Shown in pieces: positions 9,232 through 19,971 of a stretch of 64,000 bases of DNA. Under the pieces are notes generated by a model, which was not told the origin of the DNA, ran no database searches, and saw only the letters and a program-made list of their open reading frames with translations. Numbering within the stretch: the stretch's first letter is position 1; each line of letters starts with the position of its first letter. This DNA is from an uncultured Acidobacteriota bacterium (GTDB lineage Bacteria > Acidobacteriota > Vicinamibacteria > Vicinamibacterales > UBA2999). The stretch lies in contig CAVSWX010000021.1 of assembly GCA_963731785.1 (NCBI GenBank), forward strand, positions 1,893 to 65,892, read 5' to 3'. A program made the position numbers and the translations under genes.

Positions 9232-10110
9232 TCACTGGAAGTGCCGGGTGGACCGCTCGTTTTCGAGACACACGAACTCGATGAGCTCGTCGTCGGGCAT
9301 CAGCCGCTGGCGGATGGTGACCGTCCAGGGCCGGGTGTAGGCCTTCGGATCGTCCACCGTCACTTCCACGTCCAAGGTGCCGTAGCTGGTGCGGCGGAAG
9401 CGCTCGGTGACGCGGGCGCCATCAGTGAGCGGGCTGCCGTTCACGTCGAGCCAGCCGCCGTCGCGGAAGCCTGCCGTCTCCACCACCAGCGTGTCGCCGA
9501 CCCAGCGTCCGGTGGAGTAGCCGAACCACCACGGCTGCGGATCACCGGCCGGCAGCGGCCGCCCGTCGGTGAAGAGTTGGCGGACGCCGGCGTTGCCTTC
9601 GTAGAGGATGACGACCACGTCGGCCGTCTGGACGATCTTGCGCGGCTGCGGATGCGTGTGCAGCTGCATGTTGCCGAGCGGCAGGCAGTGCGCGTCGGGG
9701 TTGTCCTTGCTGTTGGCGGCCATGCGCTGCTGCTTCAGTGCCGCGGCCCACGGCTGCAGCGGCAGGCCGCCCTGCACGCCGGTGGCGATGTCGAAGAAAA
9801 GTCCGGGGCCGCCGGTGAGCACTCCGGTCGCGCCGCCGAGCAGCCCGCGCGTGCCCGGCGAGCCACCGGTGCCGCTGACGTCGCCACTCTGCTGTTGCAA
9901 TTCGCGCCAGCCGACGTTTTCCCAGATGCCGGACAGATCCGGCGTGCCGGCGCGCGTGCGCGGCGCCGGCGCCCGCACATCCACTGCACCGTCGGCCGTG
10001 CGCGGGGCCGACGCGGACCGGTGCCGGGGCCACTGCGCCGAGAGCGGCGCGGCCGCCACAGCAAGCAGAGCGAGCACGACGGCCAGAGCGGCCGAGCGGC
10101 GCACAGGCAT
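9232..10110 (-). CDS. secreted hypothetical protein, paralogue of gene 1315..2140
   Basis: Intact 292-aa ORF with signal peptide MPVRRSAALAVVLALLAVAAAPLSAQ, then GTPDLSGIWENVG...CLPLGN...GRWVGDTLVVETAGF...IEFVCLENERSTRHFQ. It is colinear with ORF 1315..2088. Confidence 0.6.
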   Translation of the reverse strand: MPVRRSAALAVVLALLAVAAAPLSAQWPRHRSASAPRTADGAVDVRAPAPRTRAGTPDLSGIWENVGWRELQQQSGDVSGTGGSPGTRGLLGGATGVLTGGPGLFFDIATGVQGGLPLQPWAAALKQQRMAANSKDNPDAHCLPLGNMQLHTHPQPRKIVQTADVVVILYEGNAGVRQLFTDGRPLPAGDPQPWWFGYSTGRWVGDTLVVETAGFRDGGWLDVNGSPLTDGARVTERFRRTSYGTLDVEVTVDDPKAYTRPWTVTIRQRLMPDDELIEFVCLENERSTRHFQ

Positions 10111-10211
10111 CGAATCCTCCCCGGCGGTGGACGGTGATTATAGAACCGTGCAGGCCCGTCCGATGCCCGCCGCCCGAGTCGAGGCGCCGAGTCGAGGAGA
10201 ATAGGCGCACC

Positions 10212-10961
<750 letters not shown>

Positions 10962-10962
10962 A

Positions 10963-12006
10963 GTGACCCGAGGCGGCGCGTCTCATCCGCTCGTCGAGCT
11001 CACGATGGCCCGGCTGCGCGAGATTTTCCGTGAGCCGGAGGCGCTCTTCTGGGCGTTCATCTTCCCGATCCTGATGTCGGTGGCGATGGCTGTGGCGTTT
11101 CCCTCATCGGGAGCCGCGCCGGTGCCGGTCGGCGTGCGCCAGGGCGACGGGGCCGAGGCGCTGCGCGCCACGCTCGCCGCGTCGAAGACGGTGGCGCCGC
11201 GCCTGGTGCCGGCCGGTGATGAAGAGCGTGCGCTGCGCGACGGCGAGGTCGACATCGTCGTCGTGCCTCACACGCCGCCCAGGTACCGGTTCGACCCGGG
11301 CCGCGCCGAGAGCCGGGCGGCGCGGCTGGTGATCGACGACGCCTTGAAGCGCGCGGCCGGCCGCAGCGAGCCGTGGACGGCCGTCGAAGAGCACGTGGCG
11401 GTGCCCGGGTCGCGCTACGTCGATTGGCTCATTCCGGGCCTCGTGGCGATGGGCATCATCGGGACCAGCGTCTGGGGCATCGCCTTCTCGATCGTCCAGG
11501 CGCGCATGCGGAAGCTGCTCAAGCGCATGGTCGCGAGCCCGATGCGGCGCAGTCACTACCTGCTGGCGCAGGTGCTGGCCCGTCTGATGTTCCTCCTGCC
11601 CGAAGTTGCGATTCCGCTGCTCTTTGGCCGTTACGTCCTCGGGATGCCGCTGCGCGGGTCGTTGCTGTCGCTCGCCGTCGTGTCGCTGCTCGGCGCCTTG
11701 TCGTGCGGCGCCATCGGCCTGCTCGCGGCGAGCCGCACCAAGACCTTCGAGGCCATCTCCGGCCTGATCAACCTGATCCTGCTGCCGATGTGGATTGCCA
11801 GCGGCGTGTTCTTCTCGGCGTCGCGCTTCCCCGAGGCGGTGCAGCCGTTCGTGCAGGCGCTGCCGCTCACCGCGCTCGTGGACGCGCTCCGCGCCGTCGT
11901 GCTCGAGGGCGCGCCGCTGACGGCTATCCAGGGCGAGTTGGCGATTCTCGCGGTCTGGGGCGTCGTGCCGTTTGCGATCGCCCTCAAGGTCTTCCGGTGG
12001 AGATAG
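10963..12006 (+). CDS. ABC-2 type transporter permease (NodJ/DrrB-like)
   Basis: 347-aa ORF starting 1 nt after the ATPase stop. It has the N-terminal REIFREPEALFWAFIFPILM block and 6 predicted TM segments typical of ABC2_membrane. Confidence 0.85.
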   Translation: MTRGGASHPLVELTMARLREIFREPEALFWAFIFPILMSVAMAVAFPSSGAAPVPVGVRQGDGAEALRATLAASKTVAPRLVPAGDEERALRDGEVDIVVVPHTPPRYRFDPGRAESRAARLVIDDALKRAAGRSEPWTAVEEHVAVPGSRYVDWLIPGLVAMGIIGTSVWGIAFSIVQARMRKLLKRMVASPMRRSHYLLAQVLARLMFLLPEVAIPLLFGRYVLGMPLRGSLLSLAVVSLLGALSCGAIGLLAASRTKTFEAISGLINLILLPMWIASGVFFSASRFPEAVQPFVQALPLTALVDALRAVVLEGAPLTAIQGELAILAVWGVVPFAIALKVFRWR

Positions 12007-12623
12007 GAACAGGGCTCCTGCGTGAAGAGTTTGGCGACATCGACATCTACCTGTTCGACCAGCTGCTGCGCGGCCGCATCACGGCGGGCATGCGGGTGCT
12101 CGACATGGGCTGCGGAGCGGGACGCAATCTCGTGCATCTGCTGCGCAGCGGCTTCGAGGTGTTCGGCGTCGATGCGGACCCGGCCGCGATCCAGTCCGTG
12201 CAATCGCTGGCCTCGCGTCTGGCGCCCCAACTCCCGTCCGGCAATTTCCGCGTCGCGCCCGTCGAGGCGGACACGTTCCCGGAGGCCTTCGCCGACGTCG
12301 TGATCAGCAGCGCCGTGCTGCACTTCGCCCGCGACGACGCGGAGTTCACCGCGATGCTCCGCGGCACGTGGCGAGTGCTCAGGCCCGGCGGGCTGTTCTT
12401 CTGCCGTCTCGCCTCGTCCATCGGCATGGAGCAGCAGGTGCGGCCCATTGCGGGCCGCCGTCACCGTCTGCCGGACGGTTCCGACCGCTATCTCGTGGAC
12501 GCGGAACTGCTGACCGCGCTCACGCAGGAGATGGGCGGGCGGTTGCTGGACCCGCTGAAGACGACGGTCGTGCAGGACCAGCGGTCGATGACGACCTGGG
12601 TGGTGCGAAAGAGCCTTTCGTAG
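11997..12623 (+). CDS. class I SAM-dependent methyltransferase
   Basis: Tail of ORF 11373..12623 from GTG 11997 (overlaps the permease stop at 12004-12006): ...MRVLDMGCGAGRNLVHLLRSGFEVFGVDADP (motif I) ...VVISSAVLHFA...LRPGGLFF. Confidence 0.75.
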   Translation: MEIGTGLLREEFGDIDIYLFDQLLRGRITAGMRVLDMGCGAGRNLVHLLRSGFEVFGVDADPAAIQSVQSLASRLAPQLPSGNFRVAPVEADTFPEAFADVVISSAVLHFARDDAEFTAMLRGTWRVLRPGGLFFCRLASSIGMEQQVRPIAGRRHRLPDGSDRYLVDAELLTALTQEMGGRLLDPLKTTVVQDQRSMTTWVVRKSLS

Positions 12624-12756
12624 CGGTGCGGCCCCGCTCTATGATCTCGCCGGCGGCTAAGGAGGCACTGCGTGACTCAGGCTGCGATGGTTCCCTACAA
12701 GCGCACGCCGCCACCGCTCGCGATGCGGGTGTTTTTCGCCGCCATGTTGTTCGTCG

Positions 12757-13732
12757 ATGGGGCCCGTGCTCTGGGTCCTGCAGCGCTTCAAGCTGGACGG
12801 CAAGCTGTTCGCGGCGATGCGCGACCGGCAGCGCAAGGAACTGCGCACCAAGAATCCGTTCAAGGGCTATCAGCCGACCGAACACGACGTGTTCGTCGTG
12901 ACCTACGTCAAGAGCGGCACCAACTGGATGATGCAGCTCGCGCATCAGCTCCTGTTTCACGGCGAGGGCGACTACGAGCACATTCACTGCGTCGTCGCCT
13001 GGCCCGATACGGACCTGATGGGGCCGATGCGCGGCTACGCGATTCCGTTGCGGGATCCGCGCGTCTGGCAGGCGTCGCCCGAAGGCAAGCGCGTGATCAA
13101 GACGCACTTCCGGTGGGAGGACGTGCCGTACTCGCCCGGCGGCCAAGTACATCATCGTCATCCGCGACCCGAAGGACGTCTTCGTATCGAGCTATCACTT
13201 CTTCGTGAAGAACGGGACCGTTCAGTTTCACCGGTCTCTCCGTGCGCGGACTGGCTCGAGCATCTTCCTGTCGGATCAGTTCTTCATGGGCGGATCCTGG
13301 GGCAGCACCACCGCGGCCTACTGGGCGCAGCGCGACAAGCCGAACGTCCTGATCTGCTCGTTCAAGGAGATGCGGCGCGATCTGGCGGGCTCCGTGCAGC
13401 GTGTCGCGTCGTTCCTGGGCGTAGACGCGTCGCCCGAGATCGTTCGCCGGGTCACCGAGCTGTCGTCGTTCGACTACATGAAGACCATCGACGACAAGTT
13501 CGGCACGGGCAAGTTCCTGCATCATCTCGGCGCGCCCGCCGCGATGATGCGGAAGGGCGGCGAGGGGAGCGCGTCGGAGCTGATCACGCCCACGCAGGCC
13601 CGCCGCATCGACGAGTACTTCATCGCGGAGCTGAAGCGGCTCGGATCGGATTTCCCGTACGAAGAGTTCTGCCGCGTGTCGCCCGGCGTGACGGCGAGCG
13701 CGACGGCGCAGCCGGTGATGGCGAGAGCCTGA
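12757..13732 (+). CDS. sulfotransferase, cytosolic-SULT type (Sulfotransfer_1) (at least 2 apparent frameshifts)
   Basis: ORF 12757.. carries DVFVVTYVKSGTNWMMQLAHQL (5'-PSB loop). A shifted frame carries KYIIVIRDPKDVFVSSYHFF (3'-PB motif). ORF 13205..13732 gives the C-terminal half ...VLICSFKEMRRDLAGSVQRVASFLG... Confidence 0.7.
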
Positions 13733-13744
13733 GGAGAAGGGAAC

Positions 13745-15577
13745 ATGCGACTACTGGGCGCGGGGACCATTGCCACCGCCGGGTTGCTGGCGGCCACGCC
13801 GGCCCTGGCGCAGGCACCATCCGGAGAGGCCGTCTACAAACAGAACTGCGCCGCGTGCCACGAGGGCAATCTGCCGCGGATGCCGACCCGCGCGGCGCTG
13901 CGCGAGCTGACGCCGGAACACGTGGAGACCGCGCTCAGCTCGTTCAGCATGCGGCGGCAAGCCGCCTCGCTGTCGTCGGCCGAGCGCCGCGCCGTCGCCG
14001 AGTTCGTGACCGGGCGGCCGTCCGGTTCCTACCGGGCGCCGCTCGACGTCATTCCCAAGAGCGCCTACTGTGCCGCCGAGTCCGGCGGCACGCCGCTGGC
14101 CGGCGCAAGCTGGAACGGCTGGGGCGTGGACTCGCGCAATACCCGGTTCCAGCCGGCTGCGGCCGCGGGGCTGAGCGCGTCGGACGTGCCGAAATTGAAA
14201 CTGAAGTGGGCGTTCGGCGTGCCGGGCGTGTCGGCCTCGGGATCGCAGGTGTCGGTGGTGGGCTCGCGGGTGTTCGTCGGGAGCCGCAACGGCCTCGTCT
14301 ATTCGCTCGATGCGAAAACCGGCTGTCTGGTCTGGGCCTTCGAGGCGTCGGCGGCGGTGCGCTCGACGCCGCTCGTGGTGGCCAACGGCGCCGACGGCAT
14401 CGTGTACTTCGGCGACGCGCATGCACAGGTCTACGCGGTCGACGCCAGGACCGGCACCCTGAAGTGGAAGACGAAGGCCGAGGATCATCTCGACGCCATC
14501 ATCACCGGCGGCGTGTCGTACGCCAACGGCCGTGTGTTCGTGCCAGTGGCGTCGATGGAGGAGGCGTCCGGCGCGCTTCCCACCTATCAGTGCTGCACGT
14601 TCCGCGGCAGCGTGCTGGCGCTCGACGCGACGTCGGGCAAGCAGATCTGGAAGACCTACACCATTCCCGAAGAGCCGCAGCAGACCACGCGCAGCAGCCG
14701 CGGCGTACAACTCTTCGGTCCATCCGGCGCCGGCGTGTGGGGCGCGCCCGCGCTCGATGCCGCGCGCAACCGCGTCTACGTGGCCACCGGCGATGCCTAC
14801 TCGCAGCCCGCCGCGCCGTCCACCGACGCAATCATGGCGCTCGCGATGGACACAGGGAAGATCGTCTGGGTGCGCCAGACGCTGGCGGGAGATGCCTGGA
14901 ACACCGCGTGCTTCGGGCCGAACACGGCGGGCGTCGAGAACTGTCCGGCCAAGGCGGGACCCGACCACGACTTCGGCGCTGCCACCGCGCTCGTCACCGC
15001 CGGCGGGCGCCGTCTCGTGATTGCGGGTCAGAAGTCGGGCGAGTTGTACGCGGTGAACGCCGAAAGCGGCGAGATGGTGTGGAAGACGCGCGCCGGCGAC
15101 GGCGGCGTCCTCGGCGGCATCGAGTGGGGCTTTGCCACCGACGGCACGTCGGCGTTCGTATCCCTCTCGAACGCGTTCGAGAAGAAGCCCGGCGAGGCAG
15201 GCGGCCTGGTCAGCGTGAACCTGGCCGACGGCAAGCCGCGCTGGACGGCGCCGCCGAGCGCGGACACGTGCGGCGGACGCGCCGGCTGCAACACCGGGCA
15301 GCCCGCCGCGGTGAGCGCCATCCCCGGCGTGATCTTCTCCGGTGCCCTCGACGGTCACCTGCGCGCCTACGATGCCGGCAGCGGCAAGGTGATCTGGGCC
15401 GTCGACACCGCGCGCGCCTACGACACCACCGTGAACGGCGTGCCGGCCAAGGGCGGGGGCCTGAACGGCCCAGGCGCGACGGTGGCTGACGGCATGCTGT
15501 TCGTGAACTCGGGCTACGGCTCGATCGGCTTCATGGCCGGCAACGCGATCCTCGCTTTCAGCGTGGACGGACGGTGA
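13745..15577 (+). CDS. cytochrome c domain + PQQ-like beta-propeller dehydrogenase (polyvinyl-alcohol-dehydrogenase-like)
   Basis: Intact 610-aa ORF. It has a signal peptide, heme motif CAACH (YKQNCAACHEG), then beta-propeller repeats (KLKWAFGVPG..., VFVGSRNGLVYSLDAKTGCLVW...), ending NAILAFSVDGR*. Confidence 0.8.
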   Translation: MRLLGAGTIATAGLLAATPALAQAPSGEAVYKQNCAACHEGNLPRMPTRAALRELTPEHVETALSSFSMRRQAASLSSAERRAVAEFVTGRPSGSYRAPLDVIPKSAYCAAESGGTPLAGASWNGWGVDSRNTRFQPAAAAGLSASDVPKLKLKWAFGVPGVSASGSQVSVVGSRVFVGSRNGLVYSLDAKTGCLVWAFEASAAVRSTPLVVANGADGIVYFGDAHAQVYAVDARTGTLKWKTKAEDHLDAIITGGVSYANGRVFVPVASMEEASGALPTYQCCTFRGSVLALDATSGKQIWKTYTIPEEPQQTTRSSRGVQLFGPSGAGVWGAPALDAARNRVYVATGDAYSQPAAPSTDAIMALAMDTGKIVWVRQTLAGDAWNTACFGPNTAGVENCPAKAGPDHDFGAATALVTAGGRRLVIAGQKSGELYAVNAESGEMVWKTRAGDGGVLGGIEWGFATDGTSAFVSLSNAFEKKPGEAGGLVSVNLADGKPRWTAPPSADTCGGRAGCNTGQPAAVSAIPGVIFSGALDGHLRAYDAGSGKVIWAVDTARAYDTTVNGVPAKGGGLNGPGATVADGMLFVNSGYGSIGFMAGNAILAFSVDGR

Positions 15578-15581
15578 CGCG

Positions 15582-15608
15582 GGTCTGACCGTCCACGCGA
15601 CTCAGACC
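15582..15608. terminator. hairpin bridging two convergent stop codons (possible bidirectional terminator)
   Basis: GGTCTGA (15582-15588) / TCAGACC (15602-15608) form a 7-bp stem with a 13-nt loop. It lies between TGA 15575-15577 (+ gene) and TCA 15602-15604 (- gene stop). No U-tract. Confidence 0.3.
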
Positions 15609-16249
15609 GGAAGGTAGCGGCGGTCGGCGCGGCGGAACGACTCCGGTGCCAGGAACGTCTCGCGCGCGATCCGCCCGCGCTGCGCCTCGATCGCCTCCCA
15701 CTGCGAGACGGCCATCGTCTCGAACTGCCCGAACGACCGGCCATTCGCGCCGGGGTGGGTTGGCAACGCCGCCTGCAGCGTCCGCCACAGACATCGCTTG
15801 CTCTGCACCGCGACCGCCAATCCTTCCAGGGCGCGAAGCAGCGACAGTTCGTGAGGCGGCCCGCCCGCCAGCGGTCCGAGGAGAGCCCCGCGAACTGACC
15901 GGAGAGTCCGCTTCGTCGAGAGCGCCGGGGCCCCGACCCCGTCGAGCAGCGTTTTCACCGCCTCGCGTTCTTCGCCGAAGTCGCGGCTCAGCGCGTCGCA
16001 CAGGCGACCGACGTCGGAGTCGTGGCGGGTCTCGCGGAGCCGGTCGACCACCTCGAGGGCGGCGTCAGACGCGGTCAGATGGTCGTGGAGATAGGCCGCC
16101 ATGTCGCGTGACGCGTCATCTCCGCCGTTCCGTCGCGACCCGCGTGCCCGCCGGCGCGACAATACGGCCAACCCCACCCCGAGAAACAAGCCTGCTCCGG
16201 CGAGCGCCGCGGCGCTGCCCCCGCTGTCGTCGCTGATCCAACTCGTCAT
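15602..16249 (-). CDS. hypothetical membrane-anchored protein
   Basis: Last 215 codons of ORF 15602..16639, from ATG 16247-16249 behind a GAGGAGGGGGAG RBS: MTSWISDDSGGSAAALAGAGLFLGVGLAVLSRRRA (one TM), then a helical soluble domain. No family recognised. Confidence 0.5.
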   Translation of the reverse strand: MTSWISDDSGGSAAALAGAGLFLGVGLAVLSRRRARGSRRNGGDDASRDMAAYLHDHLTASDAALEVVDRLRETRHDSDVGRLCDALSRDFGEEREAVKTLLDGVGAPALSTKRTLRSVRGALLGPLAGGPPHELSLLRALEGLAVAVQSKRCLWRTLQAALPTHPGANGRSFGQFETMAVSQWEAIEAQRGRIARETFLAPESFRRADRRYLPV

Positions 16250-16416
16250 CTCCCCCTCCTCAGCTCGACTGAAATATCGAATCGACGCTTGGCGAGTAAC
16301 CGCAGCACAGGTCGTACCAGCAGCCACACCCCGTAGCCACCGCGGGCTCTGTCGCCGCTCACCGCGTATCGTCACTTTGCGCCGGGGATGCACCGCTGGT
16401 AGCATCCGCACCCGCG

Positions 16417-17274
16417 ATGCGTTCCTCGCCATTTCTGCTATTGCTGCTCGGACCCGCGGTGCTCGCCGCCGGCGTGCGCGCTCAGCAGGCGCCAGGGCCG
16501 GCCGAGGGCGGGCGCGGACGAATCGGGGGCGCCGGCATCGGCGCGTATCCCGTGCGGCCGCCCGGCGATCCCGCGGCGCTCGAGCGCGGCACGGCGCTCT
16601 ACAAATCCAACTGCGGGTTCTGCCACGGGCAGGATGCACGAGGCGGCGACAGCGGGCCCAGCCTGCTGCGATCCGCGGTGGTGCTCGCCGATCAGCAGGG
16701 CGAGCTGATCGGACCGGTCCTGCAGCAGGGGCGCGAGGATCGCGGCATGCCGAAGTTCGGCTTCACGCCGGATCAAACCGCCGACCTCGCCGTCTTCCTG
16801 CACTCGTTCCGCGTGGCCGGGTACGATGCGTCCCGGCAGAAGCCGCCCACCATCGTGGTCGGCAACGCCAAGACCGGCGAGGCGTACTTCAACCGGACCT
16901 GCGCGTCGTGCCACTCCACGGCGGGCGATCTGCAGGGCCTTGCCACCCGCTTCGCCGACGAGCGCGTTCTGCAGCAGTCGTGGCTGATGCCGGGCAGCCT
17001 GACGGGCCGCGGGGCGCCGGCGCCCGCCAAGGCGCGGCCGCCGACGGTCACCGTGACCGAGCCCGGCCAGGCACCCGTGAGCGGCGCGCTCGGCCGCATC
17101 GACGACTTCGTGGTGTCGCTCACCACCGCCGGCGGCGAGTATCGCTCGTTCCGCATCACCCCGCGCACGAAGGTCGAGGTGAACGATCCGCTCGCGCCGC
17201 ACAAGGAGCTGCTCCGTACCTACACGGACGCGGACATCCACAACGTCACCGCGTTTCTCGCCACCCTGAAATGA
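16417..17274 (+). CDS. diheme c-type cytochrome
   Basis: 285-aa ORF with a signal peptide and two CxxCH motifs (CGFCH, CASCH). Its stop overlaps the start of the downstream quinoprotein gene (ATGA at 17271-17274). Confidence 0.8.
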   Translation: MRSSPFLLLLLGPAVLAAGVRAQQAPGPAEGGRGRIGGAGIGAYPVRPPGDPAALERGTALYKSNCGFCHGQDARGGDSGPSLLRSAVVLADQQGELIGPVLQQGREDRGMPKFGFTPDQTADLAVFLHSFRVAGYDASRQKPPTIVVGNAKTGEAYFNRTCASCHSTAGDLQGLATRFADERVLQQSWLMPGSLTGRGAPAPAKARPPTVTVTEPGQAPVSGALGRIDDFVVSLTTAGGEYRSFRITPRTKVEVNDPLAPHKELLRTYTDADIHNVTAFLATLK

Positions 17275-18978
17275 CGACGATGGCCCGTCCCGTTCCACGG
17301 CTCCTGGCGGCGGCGATCGTCCTGGCCGCGACCGGCGCGCTCGTCGCGGCCGGAGGCCTCGACCCGAAAGCGATCCTGAAGCCGCTCGGCGACGCGTGGC
17401 CGACGTATTCCGGCGACTACTCGGGCCGCCGCTACAGCACGCTCAGCGAGATCACGCAGAGCAACGTGAAGCGGCTGTCGCTGGCGTGGGCATCGCGGCT
17501 GGTGGCCGGACCGGGCCCCGCCGTGCCGGTCACGCCGCCGCCCTTCGGGCCGAAACCGTCCGAAACCATCGTCGGCGGCGTCGGCGACAACGACTTCGTC
17601 GGCGCCACGGTCGTCAAGGGCGCCGTGCTCGCGGTGGACGGCGTGCTCTACGTCACGTCGCCCGACAACGTGTGGGCGCTCGACGCCCAGGACGGCCGCG
17701 AGCTGTGGCACTTCTACTGGCGCACGCGCGGCGGCACCCACATCGGCAACCGCGGCGCCGCGATGTGGGGGAACTACCTGTTCTTCGTCACCCCCGACGA
17801 CTATCTGATTTCCCTCGACGCCCGCACCGGCCGCGAGCGCTGGCACAAGGAGATCGCGCCCTTCAGCCAGCAGTATTTCCTGACCTCGGCGCCGGTGGTG
17901 GTCGACAACCACGTCATCGTCGGCACCGGCAACGATCTCGACTCGCCCGGCTACCTGCAGTCGTTCGATCCGGAAACCGGCGAGCTGCAGTGGAAGTGGT
18001 ACGCGGTGCCGATGAACCCGGGCGACCCGGGTCTCGAAACCTGGAAGAACCTCGACGCGGCGCGCAACGGCGGCGGCCATCCCTGGCTGCCCGGGCTCCT
18101 ACGATCCCGAGACCCGCCTCTATATCTTCGGCACCGGCAACCCGACGCCGGCCTACACCAGCAGCGCGCGCGGCCAGGGCGACAACCTCTTCACCTGCGC
18201 CGTGGTCGCGGTGCACGTCGATACCGGCAAGATGGCCTGGTACTTCCAGACCTCGCCGCACGACACGCACGACTGGGACTCGGCGCAGACGCCGATCCTG
18301 GTGGACGGCACCATCAACGGCAAGCCGCGCAAGCTGGTGGTGACCGCGAGCCGCAACGGCTACTACTTCACGCTCGATCGCCTGACCGGCGAGCGGCTGG
18401 TCACGAGCAAGTTCTCCGAAGCGGCGAACTGGGCCGACGGGCTCAACGACGAAGGGGCAGCCGCGCCGCATCCCGGCGAAGGACCACCACGTCGGCCGGC
18501 GCGCTCGTGTCGTCGAACAACAGCGGCGCCACCAACTGGCCGCCGCAGGCCTTCAGCCCCGACACCGGCCTGCTCTACGTGCCGAGTGCCGAGGCGTACG
18601 CGATGTACTACCTCACCGAAACCGACCCGCGCGGCGCCATGGGCCTGGGCGGGAAGGACGAGGTGGCCGTGGCGACGATGGGCAGCTACATCGCCGCCAT
18701 CGACTACAAGACCGGGCGGACCGTGTGGCGGCATCGGTTCCAGACCACCAACCAGGTCGGGCCGGGCACCGGGCCTGCTGGTCACCGCGGGCAAGCTCCT
18801 CTTCGGCGGCGACGTGTCGGGCAACTTCTTCGCGATGGATCCGGCCAACGGCGCGATGCTGTGGCACGCGCGCATCGGCACGGTGTCGAACGCGCCGCAG
18901 ACCTACCGGGTCGGCGGCCGGCAGCACGTGCTGGTGGCCGCCGGCGACACGCTCTACGCGTTCGCGCTGTATCAATAG
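17271..18978 (+). CDS. PQQ-dependent (quinoprotein) dehydrogenase, beta-propeller (at least 3 apparent frameshifts)
   Basis: MTTMARPVPRLLAAAIVLAA...WPTYSGDYSGRRYSTLSEIT...WHFYWRTRGG...TGRERWHKEIA (frame of ORF 16101..19082) switches to ORF 18202..18978 (VHVDTGKMAWYFQTSPHDTHDWDS...) and back twice. It ends ...GDTLYAFALYQ*. Confidence 0.8.
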
Positions 18979-18979
18979 A

Positions 18980-19044
18980 GGCGGGTAAGGCGGGTAAGGC
19001 GGGTACGGCGGGTGCGGCAGGTAGGGCGGGACTTCAGCCCCGCC
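18980..19044. repeat. 9-bp tandem array (GGCGGGTAA-like, ~5.5 units) plus GC hairpin, directly after a stop codon
   Basis: GGCGGGTAA GGCGGGTAA GGCGGGTAC GGCGGGTGC GGCAGGTAG GGCGGG (18980-19030), then GGCGGG-ACTTCAGC-CCCGCC (19025-19044). It starts 2 nt after TAG 18976-18978. Confidence 0.85.
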
Positions 19045-19055
19045 GGGGTGCGCTG

Positions 19056-19971
19056 ATGCGATACACACGACGCGAATTCTGATGACGTCTGATGACCGTG
19101 GCGGGGCTGGCGCTGCCGGTCCGCGCCCTCGCCGACACGATCGTGGGCGGCGTGCGCATGGGCGTGCAGAGCTATTCCTTCCGCGAGCTGCCGCGCACGC
19201 CGGGCGGCGACGCCACCGCGTCGATCGTCAAGGCGATGACCGCCACCGGTCTCACCGAGACGCGAGCTGTGGGCGCCGCAGATCGAGCCGGCGAGCGCCG
19301 CCGGCCGCGGCGCCTCGGCCGAGGAGCGGCAGAAGGCCCGCGAGGCGCTGCGGCGCTGGCGGCTCGAGACGCCGCTCGATCACTTCCGCGGCATCCGCAA
19401 GCAGTTCGACGTCGGCCGGCCTGTCGATCGCCGCCTACAACTACAGCCCCGACGCCACCTACACCGACGAGGAGATCGATCGCGGCTTCGAGATCACGAA
19501 GGCGCTCGGCGCCGGGTTCATCACCTCGTCGACGACGCTGGCCGTGGCCAGGCGCATCGTGCCGTTCGCGGCGAAGCACAAGATGAACGTGGCGATGCAC
19601 AACCACTCGAACACCGACGATCCCAACGAGTTCGCCACGCCCGAGAGCTTTGCCGCCGCGCTCGCGCTGTCGACGTACTTCAAGATCAACCTCGACATCG
19701 GCCACTTCACCGCCGCCAACTTCGACGCGGTGGCCTACCTGCGCGAGCACCACGCCGACATCACCAACCTGCACATCAAGGATCGGAAGAAGAACCAGGG
19801 CGACAACATGCCGTGGGGGCAGGGCGACACGCCCATCGCCCAGGTGCTGCAGCTGCTCAAGAAGGAACGTGGCCGATCCGCGCCTACCTCGAGTACGAGC
19901 ACCGCGGCACGGCGGGCGCCGTGGACGAAGTGCGGAAGTGCTTCGACTACGTGAAGCGCGTCCTCGCATGA
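19056..19971 (+). CDS. sugar phosphate isomerase/epimerase (xylose-isomerase-like TIM barrel) with Tat signal (several apparent frameshifts)
   Basis: ATG 19056: MRYTRREF (twin-arginine motif) is interrupted, then [14 protein letters not shown]...GVQSYSFRE (ORF 19092..). Next comes ...[36 protein letters not shown]...NVAMHNHSN...[14 protein letters not shown]...[12 protein letters not shown] (ORF 19082..19954). The tail is [33 protein letters not shown], with stop at 19969-19971. Confidence 0.7.

Noticed and set aside
16101-19082. 993-aa ORF that would be the largest protein of this region
   Set aside because: It is a chimera. Its first ~390 codons are an Arg-rich alternative frame running over an intergenic region and the cytochrome c gene. 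Only the part from ATG 17271 is the quinoprotein, which itself switches frames several times.
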